Origin: Thermoanaerobaculia bacterium
GTDB lineage: Bacteria > Acidobacteriota > Thermoanaerobaculia > Multivoradales > JAHEKO01
DNA length: 64,000 bases
NCBI GenBank assembly: GCA_041574955.1
Contig: JBFGNS010000004.1
Location: 6,707-70,706 of the forward strand
Reading direction: 5' to 3'
Under the pieces are notes generated by a model that was not told the origin of the DNA, did not search any database, and saw only the letters and a program-made list of their open reading frames with translations. The position numbers and the translations under genes are program-made. This document shows positions 9,214 through 24,337 of this stretch, in pieces. Every line of letters begins with the position of its first letter. Position 1 is the first letter of the stretch.

Positions 9214-9389
9214 CCTGGCCTACTCGCCGCCGCTCGGCGAGCGGCCGCAGGGGCCTGAAGATCCGCGACTTGCCGCCCGCGGGCACCGCAGGCGTACTCC
9301 AGACTACGTCGAGGATGCCCGGACAAGCGGAAGTCGCGCAGCTTCGGGTGCATCCGGACGCGCGACGGCGGCGCGGTGAGAAGGTCGGG

Positions 9390-10463
9390 CTAGCGGTCTT
9401 CGTCCGGCCGCGCGCGGCGGGCGGCGGCGAGCGCCTTGCGCGCCAGCCCGGCGAGCGGCATCTCGCTCAGCGCGGTGTCCCCGAACCAGCCCGCCTCGGC
9501 CGACTCGGCCACCCCTCCGGCGGCGCGCAGCTCGGCCCGCCACAGCTCGACCTCGAGCCGGCGGTTGGTGATGGCGTGGCGCAGGGTGGCGAGCGGCGCG
9601 GCCAGCCGCCAGCGGCCGCCGTAGCGCGCGGCCAGCGCGCGCTCGGCCTCGGCCGGCTCGCCGGCCGCCACCCACGGCAGCTCCCAGAGCCCGGCCAGCA
9701 GCTGCTCCGTCGGTGGCCGGCGGACCAGCAGCAGCCGGCCGCCCTGCCGCGCCAAGGCCGCGATCCGCCGCTCGCGCCGGGGCTCCGGCGACCGCCGCCG
9801 GGACGGTAGCCGCTGCTCCAGCCCGGCGGCAAGCGCGCCGCAGCCCGCGGCCAGCGGACAGCTCGGGCAGCGCGGACGGCGCGGCAGACAGACGGTCGCA
9901 CCGAGCTCCATGAGCGCCTGGTTGACGTCGCCCGGGCGTCCTTCCGCGCCGCCCACCAGCTCGGCGGCGTAGGTCTCGATCCGGCGGGCCACCGCCGCCC
10001 GGTGCACCTCGCGCCGCTCACCCAGCAGGCGGGTGACGACCCGCACGACGTTGCCGTCGACCGCCGGCACCGCCTCGCCGAAGGCGATGCTGGCCACCGC
10101 CGCGGCGGTGTAGCGCCCCACGCCGGGCAGGCGAAGCCACTCGGCGGCGGTGTGCGGCCAGCCGGCGCCGGCGGCCACCAGCGTCCGGGCGGCGGCGTGC
10201 AGCCGGCGGGCGCGCTGGTAGTAGCCGAGCCCCGACCAGGCGGCGAGCACCTGCTCCTCGTCGGCCGCCGCCAGGCTCTCGACGTCCGGAAAGCGCTCCA
10301 GGAAGCGCTGGTAGTAGGGGCCCGCGGTCTCGGCGCGCGTCTGCTGCAGCATCACCTCCGAAACCCACACCGCGTAGGGATCGGCGCTCCGCCGCCAGGG
10401 CAGCTGGCGCGCGTTGGCGTCGTACCAGGCGAGCAGCCGCGCGGCAGCGGCGGTGCGGCTCAA
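9390..10463 (-). CDS. mutY: A/G-specific adenine DNA glycosylase MutY (start placed at TTG 10463; the 673-aa ORF in the track is an upstream read-through)
   Basis: LLAWYDANARQLPWRRSADPYAVWVSEVMLQQTRAETAGPYYQRFLERFP (HhH-GPD), GLGYYQRARRLH, the 4Fe-4S loop CLPRRPRCPSCPLAAGC and a C-terminal NUDIX-like domain. A 357-aa product fits the family. Confidence 0.85.
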   Translation of the reverse strand: MSRTAAAARLLAWYDANARQLPWRRSADPYAVWVSEVMLQQTRAETAGPYYQRFLERFPDVESLAAADEEQVLAAWSGLGYYQRARRLHAAARTLVAAGAGWPHTAAEWLRLPGVGRYTAAAVASIAFGEAVPAVDGNVVRVVTRLLGERREVHRAAVARRIETYAAELVGGAEGRPGDVNQALMELGATVCLPRRPRCPSCPLAAGCGALAAGLEQRLPSRRRSPEPRRERRIAALARQGGRLLLVRRPPTEQLLAGLWELPWVAAGEPAEAERALAARYGGRWRLAAPLATLRHAITNRRLEVELWRAELRAAGGVAESAEAGWFGDTALSEMPLAGLARKALAAARRARPDEDR

Positions 10464-10832
10464 GGGCTGGGCGCGGGCCAGATTGGCCGGCGGGCCGACG
10501 AAACGGCACCGCCCCGACCGCGAGTGGCGGTCGGGGCGGTGTCGTTCGAGAGAAGAATGGAAAAGGGGGGAGGATTCGTTGGGTGGTCTGTTGACTATAC
10601 CCCTCGGCTCGGTAGATCGATCGAGGGGAACTGGGTGATGGGGTTTGGAGAAGTGCCGGACGGCTCGCGCCGCCCGAAGTTGGAAAGAATGTGTTGAGGG
10701 ACCTCCCCGTGAGTCCTTGTCCTTGCTGGCATTTCTTCTTGCAAGCCAGGTGCCAACACCCTCGTCCGCACCCCCGCGCAGCATTGCCGGCGGCCGGTTG
10801 CGGCCCCGTGCCGCATCTGGGAGAGTGGGCCG

Positions 10833-12542
10833 GTGCGAGCCCTGATCGTCGTCTTCCTGCTGCTGGTGGTGGTCGTGGTCGTCGTCGGGGTGGCGGCCGT
10901 CCTGCTGTCGGACGGCGCGGCCGCGGTCGGCAAGCCACGGGTGCTGACCGTGCGGCTGGACCGGCCGCTGCTCGATTATGCGCCGGTACCGGCGCTGCCG
11001 GTGTTCGACCTCGACCCCGGCGCCAGCCTCGCCACGCTCTACCGGGCGCTCGACCGGGCTCGGCACGAAAAGGAGATGGCCGGCGTCGCGGTCTACATCC
11101 AGAGCGCCCGCTTCGGGCTCGCCAAGGCGCACGAGCTGCGGCGGCTGCTGGCCTCGGTCGCCGAGGCCGGCAAGTTCGTCGACTGCTACCTCGAGACGGC
11201 GGGCGAGGGCACCAACGGCACCCTGGCGTACTTCGTGGCCACCGCCTGCGACCACATTTCGCTGGCCCCCGCCGGAGACGTCAACCTGCTCGGTCTGTAC
11301 GCCGACAGCCTGTTCCTGCGCGGCACCTTCGACAAGCTGAAGATCGAGCCCGACTTCCAGGCGGTGGGCGAGTACAAGAGTGCCGGCGAGGCGTTCACCC
11401 GGCACGATCATTCGCCGGCGGCGCGAGCCGCGCTGTCGGCGATCCTCGACGACCTGTACGGCCAGCTGGTGGACGCCGTCGCGACGGCGCGCGAGCTGGC
11501 GCCGGAGCGCGTCCGGGAGCTCGTCGACGGCGCGCCTTACAGCGCCGAGGAGGCGCTCGCCGCCGGGCTGGTCGACCAGCTCGCCTTCCCCGACGAGTTC
11601 GAGGACCGGCTCGCCGAGCTCGCCGGCGGCGAGCCCCTGCTGGTGAGCGCCAGCCGGTTCGGTGCCGGCGGTGAGCGCGGCCGCGGGCCGCTGGCGGTGG
11701 TCTTCGCCCAGGGTGTGATCGTGCGCGGCCGCGGCGGCATCGACGCCTGGACGCGCGATCTCTACGTCGGCTCGGACGACATGCGGCGGCTGCTGCGCGA
11801 GCTGGCCGAGAGCGACGCCGTCAAGGCGGTGGTGCTACGCATCGACAGCCCGGGCGGCTCGGCGCTCGCCTCCGATCTGATCCTGCGCGAGGTGGAACGG
11901 CTGCAGCGGGTCAAGCCGGTGGTCGTCTCGATGTCCGACCTGGCGGCCTCCGGCGGCTACTACATCGCCGCCAAGGCGGAGAAGATCGTCGCCGAGCCGG
12001 CGACGTTGACCGGCTCGATCGGTGTGGTGGCCGGCAAGCTGGTGACGCGGCGGTTCGAAGAGGAGCTGCTGGGGCTGACCCACGACACCCTGCAGCGCGG
12101 CTCGAACGCCGCCATCTACTCGCCGCTCGAGCCGATGACCGAGGTCCAGGCCGAGCAGTTCGGCCGCCTGATGCAGGGCGTCTACGACCGGTTCATCGGT
12201 CACGTCGCCAGCGGTCGCACGCTCGAACCGGCGGCGGTCGAGGAGGTCGCCGGCGGGCGGGTGTGGACCGGCGAGCGGGCCGTGGGCCTCGGGCTGGTGG
12301 ACGAGCTCGGCGGGCTCGACCGCGCGCTCGCGCTGGCGCGCGAGGCGGCAGGCATCGACGACGCCCGCGCCGGCTACCGCTACTATCCGCGGCCGCCCGG
12401 GCTGCTCGAGTTCTTCTTCGGCGACGACTCGGGTCTGCCGCCGCTCGGCGGCGCGCCGCTCGAGCGGCTGCTGGCGCCGCCGCGGCCGCCGGGACTGCTC
12501 GAGCTGCCGGCTCCCTGGCGCGCCTTGAACCGTCCGCTGTAG
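10833..12542 (+). CDS. sppA: Signal peptide peptidase SppA (67K, two-domain type)
   Basis: 569 aa. N-terminal TM (LIVVFLLLVVVVVVVGVAAVLL), two ClpP/crotonase-like halves and the catalytic Ser region SMSDLAASGGYYIAAKAEKIVAEPATLTGSIGVV. Confidence 0.85.
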   Translation: MRALIVVFLLLVVVVVVVGVAAVLLSDGAAAVGKPRVLTVRLDRPLLDYAPVPALPVFDLDPGASLATLYRALDRARHEKEMAGVAVYIQSARFGLAKAHELRRLLASVAEAGKFVDCYLETAGEGTNGTLAYFVATACDHISLAPAGDVNLLGLYADSLFLRGTFDKLKIEPDFQAVGEYKSAGEAFTRHDHSPAARAALSAILDDLYGQLVDAVATARELAPERVRELVDGAPYSAEEALAAGLVDQLAFPDEFEDRLAELAGGEPLLVSASRFGAGGERGRGPLAVVFAQGVIVRGRGGIDAWTRDLYVGSDDMRRLLRELAESDAVKAVVLRIDSPGGSALASDLILREVERLQRVKPVVVSMSDLAASGGYYIAAKAEKIVAEPATLTGSIGVVAGKLVTRRFEEELLGLTHDTLQRGSNAAIYSPLEPMTEVQAEQFGRLMQGVYDRFIGHVASGRTLEPAAVEEVAGGRVWTGERAVGLGLVDELGGLDRALALAREAAGIDDARAGYRYYPRPPGLLEFFFGDDSGLPPLGGAPLERLLAPPRPPGLLELPAPWRALNRPL

Positions 12543-12607
12543 GCGCTCAGCATGGGCACGCCCGGGGCCGCCGCGCGGGCCGCCCGCGCCGCCGGGTGGG
12601 ACCCCGG

Positions 12608-12635
12608 TTGCGCCGCCGAAGCCGTGTGCTATCAT
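12608..12635 (+). promoter_or_regulatory. Candidate dnaA promoter (extended -10)
   Basis: TTGCGC (12608-12613), a 16-nt spacer, then TGcTATCAT (-10 hexamer 12630-12635), about 100 nt upstream of the dnaA start. Confidence 0.45.
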
Positions 12636-12688
12636 CCCGCCGCTCCGCCGAAATCTGACCCTTTCAGGAGCAGCAAAGCTTCAACATT

Positions 12689-12709
12689 TTTTCCACAGCC
12701 TGTGGAAAA
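12689..12709. promoter_or_regulatory. Inverted pair of DnaA boxes between the dnaA promoter and the dnaA start
   Basis: TTTTCCACA (12689-12697) and TGTGGAAAA (12701-12709), each 8/9 to the TTATCCACA consensus, form the palindrome TTTTCCACAgccTGTGGAAAA in a locally AT-richer stretch. Confidence 0.6.
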
Positions 12710-12733
12710 CCGGCCGGGATTCTTGTTGCTCGA

Positions 12734-14011
<1,278 letters not shown>

Positions 14012-14273
14012 CGCCGGCGCGCAGCTCACGGGCTGTGGATGCCGGCTGCGGTCCGCCGGTGGAGAAGCTGTGGAAAGCGGCGCGGACGGCGCCCGGCTTC
14101 CGCAGCCGTCCACCGCTCGTCCACAACGCGGCCACAACTTTTTCCACTCGCCCGGCAGCCTCGCTCGCTCCCTCGGCGCCAACTCGCGAGCGTCGCTTTC
14201 CGCAGTTCCACAGCCGCCTACGGCTACTACTGCTGTGCTATATTGACTATTCTTCCAGACGGAGTCGCCTCCC
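14012..14273. other. Candidate replication origin (oriC) in the dnaA-dnaN spacer
   Basis: 262-bp non-coding spacer with five DnaA-box-like 9-mers sharing the (T)CCACA core. Four are 7/9: 14033-14041 (rev, GCATCCACA), 14068-14076 (rev, CTTTCCACA), 14117-14125 (TCGTCCACA) and 14140-14148 (TTTTCCACT). One is 6/9: 14204-14212 (AGTTCCACA). An AT-rich segment tgctatattgactattcttcc (14235-14256) sits next to dnaN. Confidence 0.6.
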
Positions 14274-15374
14274 ATGAAAATTCGTCTCAAGCGCTCCGAG
14301 TTCCTGAACGAGCTCGCCCCGATGCAAGGCATCGTCGAGCGACGCACCACCATTCCGGTGCTGTCGCACATCCTGCTGCGCGCCGGCGACGGCCGGCTGG
14401 ATCTGGCGGCGACCGATCTCGACGTGTCGCTCACCACCTGGTGCGAGGCCGAGGTCGAGGGCACTGGCGGCATCGCCGTCCAGGCGCGCAAGTTCCTCGA
14501 GATCGTCCGCTCGCTGCCGTCCGACGAGGTGCGGCTGGAGGTGGCGGACGAGAACCGGTTGCGCATCGCCGCCGGCAGCTCGCGCTTCACCATCAACGGT
14601 CTGTCGCCGGACGACTTTCCGACGCTGCCGACGGTGGACGAGAGCGAGGTCGTCGCGCTGCCGTTCGGCAGGTTCAAGGCGATGGTCGGCAAGGTGATCT
14701 TCGCGGTGTCGACCGAGGAGTCACGCTTCCAGCTCAACGGCGCGCTGGTCAAGCTGAAGGACGGCGGCCTCGAGCTGGTGGCCACCGACGGCCACCGCCT
14801 GGCGCTGGTCGAGAACGGTCTCGAGGGCGCCGCCGCCGCCGACGGCGTGCTGGTGCCGCGCAAGGCGCTGCTCGAGCTGCAGCGGTTCGAGGGGGGGGAC
14901 GGTGATCTGGGCTTCGCCAGGGGCGAGCACCACCTGTCGTTCCGGCTCGGGCGGCGGGAGCTGATCTGCCGCATCCTCGAGGGGACCTTCCCGGACTACG
15001 AGCGTGTGATCGCCAAGGACAACGACCGCGTCGGGGTGTTCGATCGGCGGCTGCTGTCGGAGGCGGTACAGCGCGTGGCGCTGCTCACCGGCGACCGGGC
15101 TCGAGCCGTTCGACTGGAGTTCTCCGACGACCGCATGAAGGTGTCGGCGGCCAACCCGGATCTCGGCGAGGCCAGCGAAGAGGTGGACTGCGAGTTCAGC
15201 GGTGACGGCCTCAGTCTCGGCCTGAACCCCGACTATCTGGCACAGTTCCTGGCCGCGGTCGACACCGCCAAGGTGCGGATCGAGCTCAAGGACGAGAACA
15301 CCCAGTGCATCGGCGTGCCGCTCGACGGCGAGGACCAGAGGTACCTCTGCGTCATCATGCCGATGCGCGTCTGA
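14274..15374 (+). CDS. dnaN: DNA polymerase III beta sliding clamp
   Basis: 366 aa. MKIRLKRSEFLNELAPMQGIVERRTTIPVLSHILL... with the three-domain clamp pattern and the canonical position after dnaA. Confidence 0.95.
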   Translation: MKIRLKRSEFLNELAPMQGIVERRTTIPVLSHILLRAGDGRLDLAATDLDVSLTTWCEAEVEGTGGIAVQARKFLEIVRSLPSDEVRLEVADENRLRIAAGSSRFTINGLSPDDFPTLPTVDESEVVALPFGRFKAMVGKVIFAVSTEESRFQLNGALVKLKDGGLELVATDGHRLALVENGLEGAAAADGVLVPRKALLELQRFEGGDGDLGFARGEHHLSFRLGRRELICRILEGTFPDYERVIAKDNDRVGVFDRRLLSEAVQRVALLTGDRARAVRLEFSDDRMKVSAANPDLGEASEEVDCEFSGDGLSLGLNPDYLAQFLAAVDTAKVRIELKDENTQCIGVPLDGEDQRYLCVIMPMRV

Positions 15375-15402
15375 CCGGCCGCCCGGCGCGCCGGCGACGG
15401 CG

Positions 15403-19124
<3,722 letters not shown>

Positions 19125-19128
19125 TCCC

Positions 19129-21648
<2,520 letters not shown>

Positions 21649-21706
21649 GCGGGTGGTCTGCTGCCTGCGCGGCGCCGGGGTGGGCGCGCGACGCGTCTCA
21701 TGTGCT

Positions 21707-21899
21707 GGCCCGGCCGGCTGGGAGTCGCGGGGGAGGGGGTCCCAGGGTACCGGCTCGCGCCGGTCGGGTTTTCTCGGGGGTGCGCTCGCCCGCACTCGGC
21801 TGGCGCGCGGCATCGGCGTCGGACTCCCGCCGGCGTTGCGCCGCGCTGGCCGAGAGCTACCCTGGAACCCCCTCCCCCGCAACTCCGACGCCGGCCTCC
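21707..21899 (+). repeat. Family-1 structured intergenic repeat, copy A (193 nt)
   Basis: Alignable end to end with 45597-45804, 47361-47553 and 62303-62495. Long self-complementary arms (gcgggggagggggtcccagggta / taccctggaaccccctcccccgc) enclose a conserved core (ccggctcgcgc...gcactcggctggcgcgcgg...ggcgtcggactcc...gcgctggccgagagc). Confidence 0.85.
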
Positions 21900-21938
21900 T
21901 TGGGAAGATGGCTCGGGGTCGTGGGGCCGCGTGCAGCG

Positions 21939-22547
21939 ATGTCTGAGCGAGAGCAGCGGCCCGCGGTGGCCGGGGAGGAACGGTCCGGGCCGGCGGCGCC
22001 GGCGCCGGGGCTGCTGTACAGGGTGGCCTGGGTGTTCTACCTGGTGCTGGCGATCGGCGGGGTGGTGTGGATCGGGGTGCGGCGGGGGACGATCCCGCTG
22101 GAGCTGTTCGTGGATCCGGCGGGCTGGTGGATCGACCTGGGGCTGGGCCTCGGGGCCGGCGGCCTGCTGCTCGGGCTGTGGCAGCTGGGGAGGCGGCTGC
22201 TGCCGTCGGCGAGGGCGCTCGAGGGCAAGCTGGGAGAGCTGCTGGCCGGGGTCGACGGCGCCGAGGTGGTGGCGCTGGCGCTGGTGTCGGGCTTCGCCGA
22301 GGAGCTGTTCTTTCGCGGCGCCATGCAGGCGGCCTGGGGCTGGCCGTTGGCCACCGCCCTGTTCGCCCTGCTGCACGTCGGCCCCGGGCGGGCCTACCGC
22401 TCCTGGACCGTCTTCGCCGCCGCCGCCGGCCTGCTGCTGGCCGGCCTGATGGAGTGGCGCGGCAACCTGCTCGCCCCGGTGGTGGCCCACGCCCTGGTCA
22501 ACGCGGTCAACCTGGGGCGGCTGGCGAGGAGAGGCGTGCGGGCTTGA
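21939..22547 (+). CDS. CPBP-family intramembrane glutamic endopeptidase (CAAX protease-like); start re-set to ATG 21939
   Basis: MSEREQRP... followed by several TM helices. CPBP motifs are present: GFAEELFFRG, FALLHV and APVVAHALVNAVN. The 79 aa upstream in the track ORF lie over the family-1 repeat and are rejected. Confidence 0.75.
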   Translation: MSEREQRPAVAGEERSGPAAPAPGLLYRVAWVFYLVLAIGGVVWIGVRRGTIPLELFVDPAGWWIDLGLGLGAGGLLLGLWQLGRRLLPSARALEGKLGELLAGVDGAEVVALALVSGFAEELFFRGAMQAAWGWPLATALFALLHVGPGRAYRSWTVFAAAAGLLLAGLMEWRGNLLAPVVAHALVNAVNLGRLARRGVRA

Positions 22548-22600
22548 GGGCCCGGGGGTTTGACGCGCGGGGCGAACCTCTCTGCGCATGCCAGGGTTGG

Positions 22601-22625
22601 TTCGCTGCGCTCAGGATGACAGCGA
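22601..22625. repeat. Short REP-like palindromic unit (complement reads GTCATCCTGAGCGCAGCGAA)
   Basis: ttcgctgcgctcaggatgacagcga, with tcgct/agcga able to pair. I recall the GTCATCCTGAGCG-type motif as a dispersed intergenic repeat in several GC-rich phyla. There is only one copy in this window. Confidence 0.4.
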
Positions 22626-22635
22626 GCTTCCGGCC

Positions 22636-22690
22636 GCGGCGTCGGACTCCAACCCCGAGCACTACCGCAGGGACCACCCTTCGAAGTGAC
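22636..22690 (+). repeat. Degenerate 3'-half remnant of the family-1 repeat
   Basis: gcggcgtcggactccaacccc...gagcactaccgcagggaccacccttcgaagtgac aligns with the 3' half of family 1 (ggcgtcggactccaccc...gagagctaccctgggaccctgtccccctcgcctctgac). It has an internal deletion and no 5' arm. Confidence 0.4.
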
Positions 22691-22704
22691 AGCAACGCCC
22701 GGGG

Positions 22705-22858
22705 CCATCGCCGGAGGCTGCGCCCGCCGGTTGGAGCCCGGGGCGGAGCGACATCACCCTCGCCTTTGGAGCGCAGCTCCGGGCTCCGGCCGGCCAGCGC
22801 AGCCGGCCCGAAGCTCCGGAGCCCCCAAGCCCCCAAGCCCCCAAGCCCTCGGGCCCTC
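22705..22858 (+). repeat. Family-2 hairpin repeat, copy a, with three tandem GCCCCCAA octamers
   Basis: Aligns with 62580-62721. The 16-bp stem gccggttggagcccgg (22726-22741) / ccgggctccggccggc (22779-22794) closes a 37-nt loop containing GGAGCGACATCACCCTCG. GCCCCCAA x3 lies at 22821-22844. Confidence 0.8.
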
Positions 22859-22909
22859 TACCCCCTCTGCTACACTCACCCGCCCGACCCAAGGAGGCGA
22901 TCACCCCCA

Positions 22910-24292
22910 ATGAGCGGCGACAGTCAGGCGGTCTTCGACCGCATCGAGCGCGAAAAAGAGCGCTACCTCGAGGAGCTCAAGGAGTACATCCGGATCCCGT
23001 CGGTGTCGACCGATCCCGACCACAAAGCCGACGTCCTGCGCTGCGGCGACTACCTGGCCGAGCGGCTCGGCGAGGCCGGTCTCGAGGTCGAGAAGATCGA
23101 CACCGAAGGCAACCCGCTGGTCTACGCCGAGTGGCTGGGCGCGCCGGGCAAGCCGACGGTGCTGTTCTACGGCCACTACGACGTCCAGCCGCCGGATCCG
23201 CTCGAGGAGTGGCGCAACCCGCCGTTCGAGCCGACCGTCGAGGGCGACGAGCTGGTGGCGCGCGGCGCGACCGACGACAAGGGCCAGTCGTACTGCCACG
23301 TCAAGGCGGTCGAGGCGGTGCTGGCCGAGCGCGGCGAGCTGCCGGTCAACGTCAAGTTCCTGGTCGAGGGCGAGGAGGAGATCGGCGGCGAGTCGATCGA
23401 CAAGTACGTGCGCGCCGACGCCGGCGGCAAGCTGGCGTGCGACGCGGTGGTGGTCTCCGACACCTCGATGTTCGGTCCCGGCCAGCCGTCGATCCTGTAC
23501 GGGCTCAAGGGCCTGAGCTACCAGGAGATCCGGGTCTACGGCCCGAACCGCGACCTGCATTCGGGCACCTTCGGTGGCGGCGTCGCCAACCCGGCCAACG
23601 CGCTGTGCCAGATCATCGCGCGGCTGCGCGACGCGGAGACCGGCAAGGTGATGATCCCGGGCTTCTACGACGCGGTGCGCCCGCTGGAAGAGTGGGAGCG
23701 CAAGGAGTTCGCGGCGCTGCCGTTCGACGACGACGCCTACCGCGCCGAGCTCGGCCTCGAGGCGGTGTTCGGCGAGCAGGGCTACACCACGCTCGAGCGG
23801 GTGTGGGCGCGCCCCACCTGCGACGTCAACGGCCTGTGGAGCGGCTACCAGGGCGCCGGAGCCAAGACCGTGCTGCCGGCCAAGGCCGGCGCCAAGGTCT
23901 CGATGCGTCTGGTACCCGACCAGGACCCCGATGAGATCGCCCGCCTGTTCGCCGACTACGTGCGCTCGATCGCGCCGCCCGGCGTGCGGGTCGAGGCCAC
24001 CAACCTGCACGGCGCCGAGCCGGTGCTGGTCGAGATCCAGGGGCCGCTGGCCGACGCCGGGATGGCGGCGCAGGAAGACGTCTGGGGCAAGCGCCCGGTG
24101 CGGGTGCGGGAGGGTGGCTCGATCCCGATCGTCGCCACCTTCTCGAAGGTGCTCGAGGTGCCGGTGCTGCTGCTCGGCTTCGGCCTGCCCGACGACCGCC
24201 TGCACTCGCCCAACGAGAAGTTCAACATCAGCCACTTCTACAACGGCATCCGCACGACCGTGCGGCTGCTCGACCGGATCGGAGCGGCCTAG
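22910..24292 (+). CDS. M20-family metallopeptidase (dipeptidase, ArgE/DapE/CPG2 family); start re-set to ATG 22910 after AAGGAGG
   Basis: MSGDSQAVFDRIEREKERYLEELKEYIRIPSVSTDP..., metal-binding motifs (FYGHYDVQP, ARGATDDKG, VEGEEEIGG) and HSPNEKF near the C-terminus. 460 aa. Confidence 0.85.
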   Translation: MSGDSQAVFDRIEREKERYLEELKEYIRIPSVSTDPDHKADVLRCGDYLAERLGEAGLEVEKIDTEGNPLVYAEWLGAPGKPTVLFYGHYDVQPPDPLEEWRNPPFEPTVEGDELVARGATDDKGQSYCHVKAVEAVLAERGELPVNVKFLVEGEEEIGGESIDKYVRADAGGKLACDAVVVSDTSMFGPGQPSILYGLKGLSYQEIRVYGPNRDLHSGTFGGGVANPANALCQIIARLRDAETGKVMIPGFYDAVRPLEEWERKEFAALPFDDDAYRAELGLEAVFGEQGYTTLERVWARPTCDVNGLWSGYQGAGAKTVLPAKAGAKVSMRLVPDQDPDEIARLFADYVRSIAPPGVRVEATNLHGAEPVLVEIQGPLADAGMAAQEDVWGKRPVRVREGGSIPIVATFSKVLEVPVLLLGFGLPDDRLHSPNEKFNISHFYNGIRTTVRLLDRIGAA

Positions 24293-24337
24293 CCGGCCGG
24301 CAGGCGCGGCCGAGCTCCCGGTGACGGCGGCAGCGAC

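Noticed and set aside
9223-9241. Hairpin ctcgccg/cggcgag between the convergent cNMP-protein and mutY genes as a bidirectional terminator
   Set aside because: It has only a 7-bp stem and no flanking T or A tract. Hairpins of this kind occur by chance very often in sequence this GC-rich.
10464-11411. Upstream 316 aa of the 673-aa ORF 9390-11411 (apparent long MutY)
   Set aside because: The extension crosses the AT-richer spacer and then runs antisense to sppA. MutY homology begins only at ...LLAWYDANARQLPW, so I moved the start to TTG 10463.
21707-21899. Family 1 as a classical MITE or IS remnant
   Set aside because: Not fully excluded, but I saw no target-site duplications at the four junctions and no transposase in the window. 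The arm sequences vary between copies while staying complementary, which is the opposite of what transposase-recognised terminal repeats do.
21700-22449. ORFs that start inside family-1/family-2 repeats (e.g. 21700-22449, 21702-22547 N-terminus, 47059-47622, 62228-62500, 62241-62579, 62595-62741)
   Set aside because: Copies of the repeats differ by indels that are not multiples of three (A and B versus C and D), so no reading frame is conserved between copies. The conserved property is base pairing, so the elements are treated as non-coding.
22821-22844. Possible CRISPR array (tandem short repeats)
   Set aside because: The units are 8 nt and directly abutting with no spacers, and there are no cas genes. 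This is a microsatellite, not a CRISPR.
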